NCBI GenBank assembly: GCA_965205025.1
Contig: CBDBFU010000002.1
Span: 256,001 to 320,000, forward strand
Direction of reading: 5' to 3'
Length of the DNA: 64,000 nucleotides
Source: Candidatus Poribacteria bacterium
GTDB taxonomy: Bacteria > Poribacteria > WGA-4E > WGA-3G
Of the stretch, positions 8,532 to 18,900 are shown in pieces. The notes under the pieces are model-generated. The model made no database searches, was not told the origin of the DNA, and saw only the letters and a program-made list of their open reading frames with translations. Position 1 is the stretch's first letter. Each line of letters starts with the position of its first letter. Position numbers and translations under genes: made by a program.

Positions 8532-11471
8532 TCATCGATCCGAACCCTTGAGGACTTCATCCCAATCCCACAGAAGAATTGTACCATCTTCCCCTGTACT
8601 TACAAGTGTTTTGCCATCGGGTGAGAACACCAACGTTTGCACTGTCGCTGTGTGTCCTTCAAGTATAGTAGGTTTATCTTCTGTTTCCAGATCCCATAAC
8701 TCAATTTCACCACCATTATGTCCGATAACAAGCATAGTATTATCTGCTGCAAACACTAACGTTTCGGCACTGGCACTATTGAATATTTCCTTAAGAAGGG
8801 TATGTTTATGATCTGCCAACAAACGTAACAAACGTACGCTTTTGTAACTTACCATAGCAAGCAAACTGCCATTTGGTGAGAATGCCAATGTTGGAATATG
8901 TTCCTGATAGGCGATACTAACATCAGGTGGGGTCCCTTCCACTATCGGCCCTTTTCCTTCAAAGAGTCGGGCTAACGAAACGCCAGTTTCCGCATCCCAC
9001 ATCTCGACCTTTCCGCCCCGGGTTGCACCAACAAGTTTTTTGCCATCTGGTGAAAAAACTAAAGCACTGATTTTAGACTCAAGAGCTCTGATTTGAGTAT
9101 GAATGTGGTCAGGCAACTTGTCAATATCGTCCTGATCTAAGTGAGATGTATCAAGAGATATATCAAAAGTCTCACCTGTCTCTGTATTCCACACACGAAT
9201 CTTACCAGAATCGTCGAATGCCACCGTTTTTCCATCAGGTGAAAAAGTAAGGCATGAAGAACCTCCTTCCGTAGCCAAAGTCTGCAATTCATGTCCTGTT
9301 CTAACGTCACTCAGACGAACCAGCGGCTCATGTGTATACTGCATAGAGGCATGTGGGAAGGCTCTATTACCTTTTACACCAGCACTTGCGAGCTTTGTCC
9401 CATCAGGTGAAAACGCTGAAGCCGATAACCAATCTTGATGTCTTTCAGGATAGAAATCGGTTTTTTGTAAGGCACTCGAATCCGTTTTTTCCAATGTTTT
9501 CTCATCCCATAAGCTAACTACCCTATTATGCGCTACAGTTGCAAGCGTGGTGTTATTTTTAAAGAAAGTCGCTGCTTCCACCTGCATTGTGTGTCCGGTG
9601 ATACGGGTAGGTAATGAATTTCCTGTCTCAATATTCCAAAACTGGACTGTGCCATCTGCACTTCCACTGGCAAGTGTGCGATTATCTGGTGAAAACGTTA
9701 AAGCATTGATGCCGCAGCTATGACCTGTGAAAGTGATGAGAAGTTCTCCCGTGGCGATATGCCACAACTGCACTGTCTTATCGGTCCCGCCGCTGGCAAG
9801 CATATTTCCGTCTGGAGAGAACGCTAACGCATTGACCCATCCCGTGTGTTTGTCAAGGAGAATAGATGCTTTACTGTCGGTATCCCATAATTGTAATGGG
9901 ACTTTTTCATCATTATTTTTACCTGCACTCGCGAGACGTGTGCCATCAGGTGAAAATTCCAAGGCTAAAATACGCATGTTTCCCTTGAGTGTAGACAGTA
10001 TTTCGCCTGTCGTTGTGTCCCACAACTCAATCTTAGTTTCTGTTCCAACTGCAAATTTATCATGTGTGAGCGCAAAAAGATCCTTATAATCCCAATTTGT
10101 TCGTCCTTTGATATGCTTCACATTCCCTTTTCCTGTTTCAACATCTAACTGTCTGATTGAGTCTCCTTTGTTACTCAAAGCAAAAAGTGTTTTGCTATCT
10201 TCAGAGAACCGCAATACTGAGGCATGCGGAAAATAATCAGTGCGTTGCATTTTCTGACCAGTAGCCACTTCCCATAACTGGGGTCCCTCTCTGTAATAAC
10301 CGCCAATATTGCCTGCAAGGAAGCGTCCGTCTGGAGAAAATGCGATGGATTCGCACTTACCGGGGAACATGGATACTTCTTTACCCGTTTTCGCATCATA
10401 AAGCCACACACCTATACTACTGCCCACCGCGAGTTGCGTGCCATCTGGTGAGAATTGAAGCACATTAATCCCGCCTTTTCCCAAGCGTGCTTTTGCAGCT
10501 TTTGGCAATTTCCATTGTGTATAATCTTTCACAATTTCCTCTCCTTGTGCCTCTGTAATTGCTGCAGGGGCATTATTAGGTTGCTGTTCAGGGTTATTAC
10601 GCTTATCCAATACGTTGACACTTTCTATTTCCGTCCGCACATCTGGTTCGGATTCCAAATTCGCAACTATAGGTGCATCAATAATATCAACCTTCATTTC
10701 TGCGGTAACATCAAGACTATAAGGTTGCTGAAAGCGAACTAAGTATCGGCTGCTCATTCCGACCATCAGTAAAATCAAAATAGCAGTTGATGCACTCAGC
10801 ACCCACGGCATAAAGGGTTTACTCCCTGATGGGGTAGTCGGTTTTATCCGTGCAACTTCTCGTATAATGTTATCAGTAAGATTTGGGGATAGTTGAAAGT
10901 TGCTAAGTGCCTCTTTTATCATCGGTTCCTCCTTTTTTAAACGCTTCCGAGCACGGTGCAATCGAAGCTTAATCGCGCTTGTAGATACACCTAAAAATCG
11001 GCTTATCTCTTCAATCGTCATTTCACCAAGATAGTGAAGTGTCATCACTGTGCGTTCACTCTCATTCAGTTTGGCAAGCAGTTTTTTAACGACTTCACGT
11101 TGAGTCTCAACTGTAACTTTCGTACGTTCTTCGGTGACATAGCGTGAATATGCTGTACCTTCTGTCCATTCAATCTTTGTGTATTCTATTGGTGCAGTTT
11201 TAATACGCTTTTTACGAAGCCATTCCCGGCATTGGTTGGTCGCAATTACATACAGCCATCCAGGAAACTGATCTGGATTTCTCAATGTTCCAAGTTTCTG
11301 ATGGACTTTCAGGAAGGTGTCCTGTGTAATCTCTTCGGCGATGTGGAAATCGCCGATCTTACGCCAAGCGAGCGTATGTACCTGCTTCTGATATTTTTCC
11401 ACTAAACTGACAAAGGCGGTATCATCACCCTCAAGGATACGGTGTATAAGTTTAACGTCATCATTCTTCAT
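8532..11471 (-). CDS. ECF sigma factor-TM-WD40 fusion
   Basis: Same architecture as 5062..7788. Start moved to MKNDDVK, which has a GAGGTG RBS and aligns with the paralog N-termini. Confidence 0.92.
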   Translation of the reverse strand: MKNDDVKLIHRILEGDDTAFVSLVEKYQKQVHTLAWRKIGDFHIAEEITQDTFLKVHQKLGTLRNPDQFPGWLYVIATNQCREWLRKKRIKTAPIEYTKIEWTEGTAYSRYVTEERTKVTVETQREVVKKLLAKLNESERTVMTLHYLGEMTIEEISRFLGVSTSAIKLRLHRARKRLKKEEPMIKEALSNFQLSPNLTDNIIREVARIKPTTPSGSKPFMPWVLSASTAILILLMVGMSSRYLVRFQQPYSLDVTAEMKVDIIDAPIVANLESEPDVRTEIESVNVLDKRNNPEQQPNNAPAAITEAQGEEIVKDYTQWKLPKAAKARLGKGGINVLQFSPDGTQLAVGSSIGVWLYDAKTGKEVSMFPGKCESIAFSPDGRFLAGNIGGYYREGPQLWEVATGQKMQRTDYFPHASVLRFSEDSKTLFALSNKGDSIRQLDVETGKGNVKHIKGRTNWDYKDLFALTHDKFAVGTETKIELWDTTTGEILSTLKGNMRILALEFSPDGTRLASAGKNNDEKVPLQLWDTDSKASILLDKHTGWVNALAFSPDGNMLASGGTDKTVQLWHIATGELLITFTGHSCGINALTFSPDNRTLASGSADGTVQFWNIETGNSLPTRITGHTMQVEAATFFKNNTTLATVAHNRVVSLWDEKTLEKTDSSALQKTDFYPERHQDWLSASAFSPDGTKLASAGVKGNRAFPHASMQYTHEPLVRLSDVRTGHELQTLATEGGSSCLTFSPDGKTVAFDDSGKIRVWNTETGETFDISLDTSHLDQDDIDKLPDHIHTQIRALESKISALVFSPDGKKLVGATRGGKVEMWDAETGVSLARLFEGKGPIVEGTPPDVSIAYQEHIPTLAFSPNGSLLAMVSYKSVRLLRLLADHKHTLLKEIFNSASAETLVFAADNTMLVIGHNGGEIELWDLETEDKPTILEGHTATVQTLVFSPDGKTLVSTGEDGTILLWDWDEVLKGSDR

Positions 11472-11513
11472 TTGACACCTCAAAAAATGTACCAAATTAA
11501 TAGATATGCATTC

Positions 11514-11543
11514 ATGACGCGGGTTAGAGGGAGAATGGTTACT
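11514..11543 (-). promoter_or_regulatory. Putative ECF promoter AGTAAC-N18-CGTCAT
   Basis: Shared upstream motif. Confidence 0.55.
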
Positions 11544-11717
11544 TAATTCTTTGAAAAGCGGATTTTTCGCAATAATTAATTTTGAACGGGTAATCAGGAG
11601 GATTGATTACCAATTTATCACATCAATAAATTGATGTATAGGATTTGCTTGGTAAGGGGTGAAAACTTTTTGGCACTGCACTACAGTGTATCTCATAAAT
11701 ACGAATCTAATTATTTA

Positions 11718-11750
11718 TTATCCATCTGAACCCTTAAGGACTTCATCCCA
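11718..11750 (-). pseudogene. Orphan 3' end of a WD40 gene
   Basis: Encodes WDEVLKGSDG*, nearly identical to the end of 8532..11471 (WDEVLKGSDR*). Confidence 0.65.
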
Positions 11751-11769
11751 CCCGAAAATGAACCAGAGA

Positions 11770-12258
11770 TTAATCTTGGGCATTTATTATAGAGTGAAGA
11801 TCCCATAGATACACGATACCATCAAGTGCTCCACTTGCGAATAAGCTTCCATTCGGACTGAAACTAACTGTATAAACACCTTGATTATGCGCATCAAAAA
11901 TTGCAATCTGAGTTTTGGTAGCAACATCCCATAGACCGATTTTTCCATGATGGGCACTCACCAACATTTTGCCATCTGGACTAAATGCCACGGTATTTAC
12001 CTCTGCTGTTGCGTCCATTAAAGCAAGTTCTTGAGTCGTCTCTACATCATAAAGCCAAATACCTGTATTAGTTGCTACGGCGAGAAGTTTACCGTCTGGT
12101 GAATATGCAATTTCATTCACCCCACCTTTTCCTAAACGCGCGATTGCCCCGTCAGGTAAACCCCAACGTGTGTAGTCTGGTTGTGCATAAACTGTGGATA
12201 GAAATAGCAGCGAAATGAAGAAGAGTGTAAATAGAATTATCTTTGTTTTTGATGACAT
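11770..12258 (-). CDS. Short secreted WD40 protein (3 blades, possibly internally deleted)
   Basis: Signal peptide (VYA|QP), head motif YTRWGLPDGAIARLGKG, three WD repeats. Confidence 0.85.
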   Translation of the reverse strand: MSSKTKIILFTLFFISLLFLSTVYAQPDYTRWGLPDGAIARLGKGGVNEIAYSPDGKLLAVATNTGIWLYDVETTQELALMDATAEVNTVAFSPDGKMLVSAHHGKIGLWDVATKTQIAIFDAHNQGVYTVSFSPNGSLFASGALDGIVYLWDLHSIINAQD

Positions 12259-12333
12259 TTAGTGTTCCCTCTGGAAAAAGTAAATTAGGAAGGTCCCAAT
12301 TCGATAGTAAATTCGTGATTCTCTCGGTGGTGA

Positions 12334-12454
12334 TCTTATACCATTTCTATAAATGTATCCCATGAACAGTTGTTAAGCTTGTCTTGAAATACTGCACAAA
12401 CTGGAAGTTTATGCTACATTGAAGAAACTTTAAGTATTTAGAAATGGTATAAGA
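12334..12454. mobile_element. MITE with 16-bp terminal IR and internal REP hairpin
   Basis: TCTTATACCATTTCTA...TAGAAATGGTATAAGA. Core GTAGCATAAACTTCCAGTTTGTGC on the minus strand (12394-12417). Sister copy at 53621-53733. Confidence 0.75.
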
Positions 12455-12478
12455 AAAATCTATGAAATGGTAACACGT

Positions 12479-15478
12479 TTAAAGGTTAAAGGACTCATTT
12501 TGAGTTGTACCCTTAAGAACTTCTTTCCAATCCCAAATAAGGATCGTACCGTCTTCTCCACATGTGGCAAGGGTTGTGCCGTCTGCAGAAAAAACCATCT
12601 TGGATATCCAACTTGTATGTCCAGTAAGAGTCGTGATAATTTTCCCTGTTGTTGCATTTCGTAATTCAATAAATCCATGTCGACTCCCACTGACAAGAGT
12701 TAATCCATCTGGAGAGAACGTCAACGATGTTGGAGGATCATTATAACCTATGCCTTCCAGTCTAATTACAGCATCAAAGCTGTTAGTTTCAGGATTTTGG
12801 GAATAAATGTGTCTTCCTGCAGCAAAAGTATTATTACTATCAGGTGGGAACGCAATCTTCCCTTGGTCTTGTAGTGTCTGAATCTCAGCACCAGTCATAG
12901 GATCCCATATCCTAATTGTCTTGTCCTTATCTGTCCAACCAGAACTAACAACAGTTTTGTTATCAGGTGAAAATGCTAAACTGATAACAGCAGTAGTATG
13001 TCCTTCAAGTCTACACAGAGTTTGTCGTTTAGCAACATCCCATATTTGTATAGAATTGTCTTGACGAGAACTCACAGCAAGAAGTTTGCCATCCGGTGAG
13101 AATACCACTTCAGCTTGAAATCCACCACTTTTTTCCTTTCCTCCTAAGACACATAACAAACCTTTTGATTCTGTATCCCATAGTCGGACAACACAATTAT
13201 CAAAATCAATTGTATCTCTGGTTACAAATAGGCGTCCATCTGGTGAAAAAGCTACTTCTGAATTTTTTTCATCATTATTCTCAATCCTATCAATCGTAAA
13301 TTCCTTTCCAGTATCCACATCCCATACAGAAACAAATACCTGCGAGTTTCTCCTACTGATACTGGTGATGGTTTTAATTACACTCTCAGAATGATTCGGT
13401 TTTTCTGTCACCGTTGGTAATTCAGAATGATTGATGTCATTGAATACTAAAGCGGAAACCGACCCCGAATGATTAATCAATGTGAATTGTTCATTCCCTG
13501 AATCGGTTTCCCACAAACGAACAGTACCATCTGTATTGGCACTTACAATCTGTTTACCATCCGGTGAAAAACTGATTGCCTTAAATCTTCCGTATTCTTC
13601 ATGTCCTTCAAACATACGGATAGGTTTCTGACGGGTAGCAGTATTCAGCATACGTTTTAATGTAGAAGATGCACTCCCCGTGTCAATATCCCAGAGACGG
13701 ACTATACCATCAGAACATCCAACAGCAAGCAGACTACTATTTGGTGAAAATGCCAATACCTCTGGTGTTGTATCGGTATTAAGTGTAGACTTAAGCATTT
13801 CACTTGCAATATCCCATAACAGGATTCTATTGGAACCTTCAATAATGGCAAGTGTATTGTTATTTGGTGAAAATGCCAATTCAGTGATATTTTTCATCTT
13901 TTTTTCCACTTTGAATATACAATGTCCAGTCGCCATATCCCATACCTGAATTGGAGGAATATCCTTTTTATTCCGCCAATATGCATTGGCACTTGCAGCC
14001 GCAATATATCGTCTGTCAGGGGAGAATGTCACAAGCAATTCTTCAGAAATTTCATCTAATGCTGCAACCGTAGATTGATATGTATGATCCGAGAGATTCC
14101 AAAGACGAGTTGCCCCGTCTTGTCCCCACCGTACACTGTGCCAACCACTTGCACTAAACAATTTCGTATTGTCATCTGTAAATATCAACTCTCTAACCGG
14201 ACCATCAAATCCTTCAAAGGAAGATTTCAGACTTTGTGTCTGTACATCCCAAATTTGTATATTTCCATCAAAATCTCCACAAGCAAGGGTGTTTCCATCT
14301 GTAGAAAAAGCCAACACATTGATATATAATCTTCCTTGTTTTCGGTTAATATCATTGTTATCAGAAAGTAATGCGATTTCCTCTCCAGTATTTGCATCGT
14401 AAAACCATAGACCGATAGAAGTTCCAAGTACAAATAATTTACCATCTGGTGCGAATTTAATATCGGTAACCTCACCCTTCCCTAAACGGGTTTTTGCTTT
14501 TTCTGGTATCATACTCTTTGTATATTCTTTCATGATTTCCTCTGTTTGTTTATCCTCAGATAATGTAGTCATGTTTTCATTTTTTTCTTCTTCAGATTCA
14601 TTTTGTTTTACCAAAACGATCCTATTTTTAATTTGCATTCGTAAATCCTGTTTAGATTTCAAGTTCGCGACGATAGGAGCGTCAACGATTTCAACCGTCA
14701 TATCTGCTGTAGTATCAAACGAATAAGGGTGCTGAAAGAGGGGTAAGTATTGGTGGTTACCAAAACCAAGTATTAACACCACAATTACTAACGTGGAAGC
14801 AACTATTCCCCACGGAACTATAGGTTTAGTACTGGTTGGTGTCATCGGTTTGCTTCGTGAGATTTCTTTCATTATCGTATCCGTGAGATTTGGTGAAATC
14901 TGGTAATTCTCTAACGCTTCTCTAATGATTCCTTCATCCTTCTGCAAACGCTGTTGCGCACGGTGAAGTCTACTTTTAACTGTATTTGCGGAAACACCTA
15001 AAAACGCACCAATCTCTTTACACGTCATATCCCCATAATAGTGAAGTGTCATGACAGTCCGTTCACTTTCCTTAAGTTTTGCAAGCAATTTTTCGACAAC
15101 AATACGCTGGGTTTCTGCCGAGGAACGTTTGTTCTCTGTAGCAACATATTCCGAATAAGTTGATTCTTTAGGTTGTTTGATATCAATCTTCTCTTGTAGT
15201 TGAGTTCGGATGTTTTTATTACGTAACCATGTATTGCAAAGATTTGAAGCAATTACATACAACCATCCAGCAAATAGTTGTGGTTTCTTCAAAGTATTGA
15301 GTTGCTGATATGCCCTCAGAAATGTATCCTGCGTAAGTTCTTCCGCAAAATGAAAATCCCCAATTTTCTTCCACACAAGGGCATGAACCTGCTTTTGGTA
15401 TTTTTCAACAAGCTCCGAGAATGCATTATCATCACCTTCAAGACTGCGGTGAATCAGGTGTGTATCATTGTTTATCAT
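12479..15478 (-). CDS. ECF sigma factor-TM-WD40 fusion
   Basis: Sigma regions 2 and 4, TM helix WGIVASTLVIVVLILGFG, WD40 repeats. Confidence 0.92.
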   Translation of the reverse strand: MINNDTHLIHRSLEGDDNAFSELVEKYQKQVHALVWKKIGDFHFAEELTQDTFLRAYQQLNTLKKPQLFAGWLYVIASNLCNTWLRNKNIRTQLQEKIDIKQPKESTYSEYVATENKRSSAETQRIVVEKLLAKLKESERTVMTLHYYGDMTCKEIGAFLGVSANTVKSRLHRAQQRLQKDEGIIREALENYQISPNLTDTIMKEISRSKPMTPTSTKPIVPWGIVASTLVIVVLILGFGNHQYLPLFQHPYSFDTTADMTVEIVDAPIVANLKSKQDLRMQIKNRIVLVKQNESEEEKNENMTTLSEDKQTEEIMKEYTKSMIPEKAKTRLGKGEVTDIKFAPDGKLFVLGTSIGLWFYDANTGEEIALLSDNNDINRKQGRLYINVLAFSTDGNTLACGDFDGNIQIWDVQTQSLKSSFEGFDGPVRELIFTDDNTKLFSASGWHSVRWGQDGATRLWNLSDHTYQSTVAALDEISEELLVTFSPDRRYIAAASANAYWRNKKDIPPIQVWDMATGHCIFKVEKKMKNITELAFSPNNNTLAIIEGSNRILLWDIASEMLKSTLNTDTTPEVLAFSPNSSLLAVGCSDGIVRLWDIDTGSASSTLKRMLNTATRQKPIRMFEGHEEYGRFKAISFSPDGKQIVSANTDGTVRLWETDSGNEQFTLINHSGSVSALVFNDINHSELPTVTEKPNHSESVIKTITSISRRNSQVFVSVWDVDTGKEFTIDRIENNDEKNSEVAFSPDGRLFVTRDTIDFDNCVVRLWDTESKGLLCVLGGKEKSGGFQAEVVFSPDGKLLAVSSRQDNSIQIWDVAKRQTLCRLEGHTTAVISLAFSPDNKTVVSSGWTDKDKTIRIWDPMTGAEIQTLQDQGKIAFPPDSNNTFAAGRHIYSQNPETNSFDAVIRLEGIGYNDPPTSLTFSPDGLTLVSGSRHGFIELRNATTGKIITTLTGHTSWISKMVFSADGTTLATCGEDGTILIWDWKEVLKGTTQNESFNL

Positions 15479-15518
15479 AGATTCCCTCCGATTATATTTA
15501 GGCCGATTGATACTAATA

Positions 15519-15548
15519 ATGACAACGCAAAGGAATAAATGGGGTGCA
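15519..15548 (-). promoter_or_regulatory. Putative ECF promoter TGCACC-N18-TGTCAT
   Basis: Shared upstream motif. Confidence 0.6.
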
Positions 15549-15550
15549 TA

Positions 15551-15693
15551 ATTATAACTATAGTTTGGACATTATTATAACTATAGTTTGGACATTTTAA
15601 GCTGCAGTATGTGTATTAAAGTAGTTTTGATCCAAGTGACTGCTTTAGTATCAGATCAACCTAAAATATCTGATAAATTGTCCAAAACTATAG
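15551..15693. mobile_element. MITE-like element with duplicated left end
   Basis: 23-bp tandem duplication ATTATAACTATAGTTTGGACATT (15551-15596). IR CTATAGTTTGGACA...TGTCCAAAACTATAG. Related ends occur near 54030 and 54250. Confidence 0.6.
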
Positions 15694-15962
15694 TATAATT
15701 TATACAAGCTTAAATTAGGAATGAATTGTTGGTTGTTAGGTGTCGTTCGGTTGAACTAAAGGATGAAACCTTTTTCATCAATGTAAACAACTTTCCATCC
15801 TTCAGGTTCTACCCTTTATTCTTTAGGTCGGCTTTCTGTTCCTCAGAAAGTTTCGGTTCATCATTAAATGTCGTTTAGGATTCTCTGAACAGGGAAGTTA
15901 AGAGACCTTACCTACTATTGAATAAGAGTATCTATTAGATTGTCCACGATTCTACTTCTACC

Positions 15963-18900
15963 CTAATCCTGCATCTTACGATTGATTTTCAAGTCATCAA
16001 ACGGTTGTCCGTTTTGATCGGTGATCCGCAGATAAAATCCCCATCCACCTGCTTCCTGGCACACTTTGACAAGGATACTGTTCTTTCCTTGTTTGAGCGT
16101 TATAGGAATACCGTATCTGTCAATTTCTGCACTATGTGTTTTTGTATGTGTGAATACCTCTTCACCATTTAACCATACTTTCCCTTGGTCATCACTATCA
16201 AAGCGGATTTGTGCTTCCCGATTATCAGGTGAAGTAAGGGTAGCGAACGCGTAAGCGACACACCAAAAAACATCCTTTCCGAAACCGATATAACCGTTTA
16301 GTGAATCATCTGTGCATTTTTGCCAACTCACCTTTTCATTAAGTCCATCGTATTTCGCATCCAAATCTATCTCAGTGATGTCTTCAGGGATGTATACTGT
16401 ATCAAAACCGATTCTACCTGCATTATCGAATGGACCCAGAATCATCCATGAATCTTTAGGAATAAAACCAGTTTTCTGTATATATGCGTTTACCTTCATT
16501 CCACTGTCATTGCCACTATTACGATAAACACGATAAAATTCTGCCAAAACAAAGTTCGTACTTCTTTGCTGTTCAGGGGTAAGGTTGTGAATAATAGAGT
16601 CGATTTTTCGTATGTACTCATCTGACTTCTCAACCATCCCTTTCTTATGATAATATACAGCCATACTAAGGTAAACATCAATCTGGAAGGTAGTACTTTC
16701 TGCTGAAAGGTCTACAGTTATAGAATCAACCTCTCGGGTATGCTCTTCTACCTTTTGATGCATACCCTGTTGGTGATAAAAATCTGCCAAAACCAGATGC
16801 GCATTTATTCGGATACTCAGACTATGAGAAAAATGATCAATCAATTTATCCATCATATTGGCAAAACCCTCTTTGTCTTGAATGTTTTTACCTACTTTGC
16901 CAATTTTCGTGAATAGTTCATATTGAAAAACCGGAGACGTTGTGACAATCTCATCACTTTGATAATCTGCAGCTGATAGATATTTGATGAATTCTATAAA
17001 CGCATCTTCAAACCATTCGTTTGCCAGATATACCTCACCATTCGTCAAGATATGATCAGAGATTTTGGGTTTGTCTGTTGAATGTTCAAGGAATTGCAAC
17101 ACAGTTTCTGGTGATTGATTCTCTTCGTGTATATTCGTAAGAACTTTTTCCCAATCCCAAAAAAGAATCGTACCACCACCAACACTGATTAGTGTTTTGT
17201 TATCATCTGAAAAGGATAAATCTTCCACTGATACTGAGTGCCCTTCAAGTGTAGAGAGTAAATCTCCGGTATGAACATCCCATAATTCAATATTACCACC
17301 CCAAAAACCGACAATTAGTATTGTATTATCTGGTGAAAAAATACATTTATCACAAGAACTTTTATTATCAAAAGTGACTTCTCTAAAATGGGGTTGTTTT
17401 GCCCTTCCTATCAAACGCAGCCGTTTATTACTACCTACAGCAATCAGGGAACTGTCTGATGAGAAAGCTAAGTTAAAGATTGGATTACTGTCCCTGTATG
17501 AATTATCCTTTGGAGGTATCTCCTCAAAGAAAGAACTTAACTCCGCTCCAGTTTCCACATCCCACAACTGAACACGCCCACCCATTGTTCCACTGACAAT
17601 TTTTTCTCCATCTGGTGAAAATGCCACAGTTCTGATAAGAGGTTTATGATCATCGGAATCTTCGTCGTGTTCTGAAGTGACAATCTCACGTTCTGCCCCG
17701 GTTTCAATATTCAGCAAACGGATTTTATTACCACTACTGCTGATTAAAGTTTTGCCATCAGGTGAAAATACCTCGCAATATCCAGATGGTAAAACCTTTA
17801 ACTCACGTCCTGTGCTAACTTCAGATAAACGAAGCACCCTCCTATTAAAGTCTGGCTTAGTTGAATTTCTCTGTGTGCCGTGAGCAGCGAGGATTGTTCC
17901 ATCAGGTGACAAGACAACTCGTCTGTACCATCTCCAATATAACGGTTCTTCAAGCATCGTTTTTGTTATAGAAGTTGTTTTTTGTGAATTCTTCAGATCC
18001 CAAACTGTAATAATACCGTGCTCAGAAACACTCACCAATTTGGAACCATCATTCAGAATAGATGCTGTGCGCATCCACATGTGTCCTGAAATTCGTTTCT
18101 GTAGCGGTTTTCTTTTCTTAATATCCCAAAACCTGATAGCTCCCTCTGTCCCACCACTCACAAGCGTGTTCCCATCTGGTGAAAATACTAATGAACCTAC
18201 CTTGCTGAAATGACCCGTGAACGTAGCAATCATTTTTCCTGTAAGAGTATTCCACAATTTAATAGTGCTATCTTCACTTCCACAGGCAAGTAGTGTGGCA
18301 TCTGGAGAGAACGCCAATACCACAGGTCTACCATTCCTCTCGTTCTTCATTGGATTGTTTACTATCTCTTTACCATTTTCAGTTGATACTCTCCAAGTTT
18401 TACCTTCTACAATAGGTTTTTGATAAACTATCAATTCTTCGCCTGTGGAGGTATCCCATAGTTGAACCGTTGTATCCAAATTCCCAGTTGCGAGTCGCGT
18501 GCCATCAGGTGTAAATTTCATAGTCAATGCATGGTTATTCCTAACGAAATAATCCGGCATACGAATTTCTTTCCCAAATTCCCTGAGTGTGGACAACTTT
18601 ATACCTGTCCTTGTATCCCACAACTCAATTCTTCCATCATCACTCCCGATTGCGATTTTATCTTCTGCGAGTGCGTAATTTTCAAGATGTAAGTACCCGG
18701 GTCTTTCTCCTAACTTTGTGGTAGTCGTCTCACCAGTTTCAACATTTACCCTATATATTGTGTCTCTTGCCATACTTAAGAACACAAGTGTTTTGCTATC
18801 ATTTGAGAATCGGATCACTTTTGCAGCAGGTAATACCTCTTTTACCGAAACTTCACTCGCTGTTGCTATATTCCACAACACTACACCCTTCTCCAGATGA

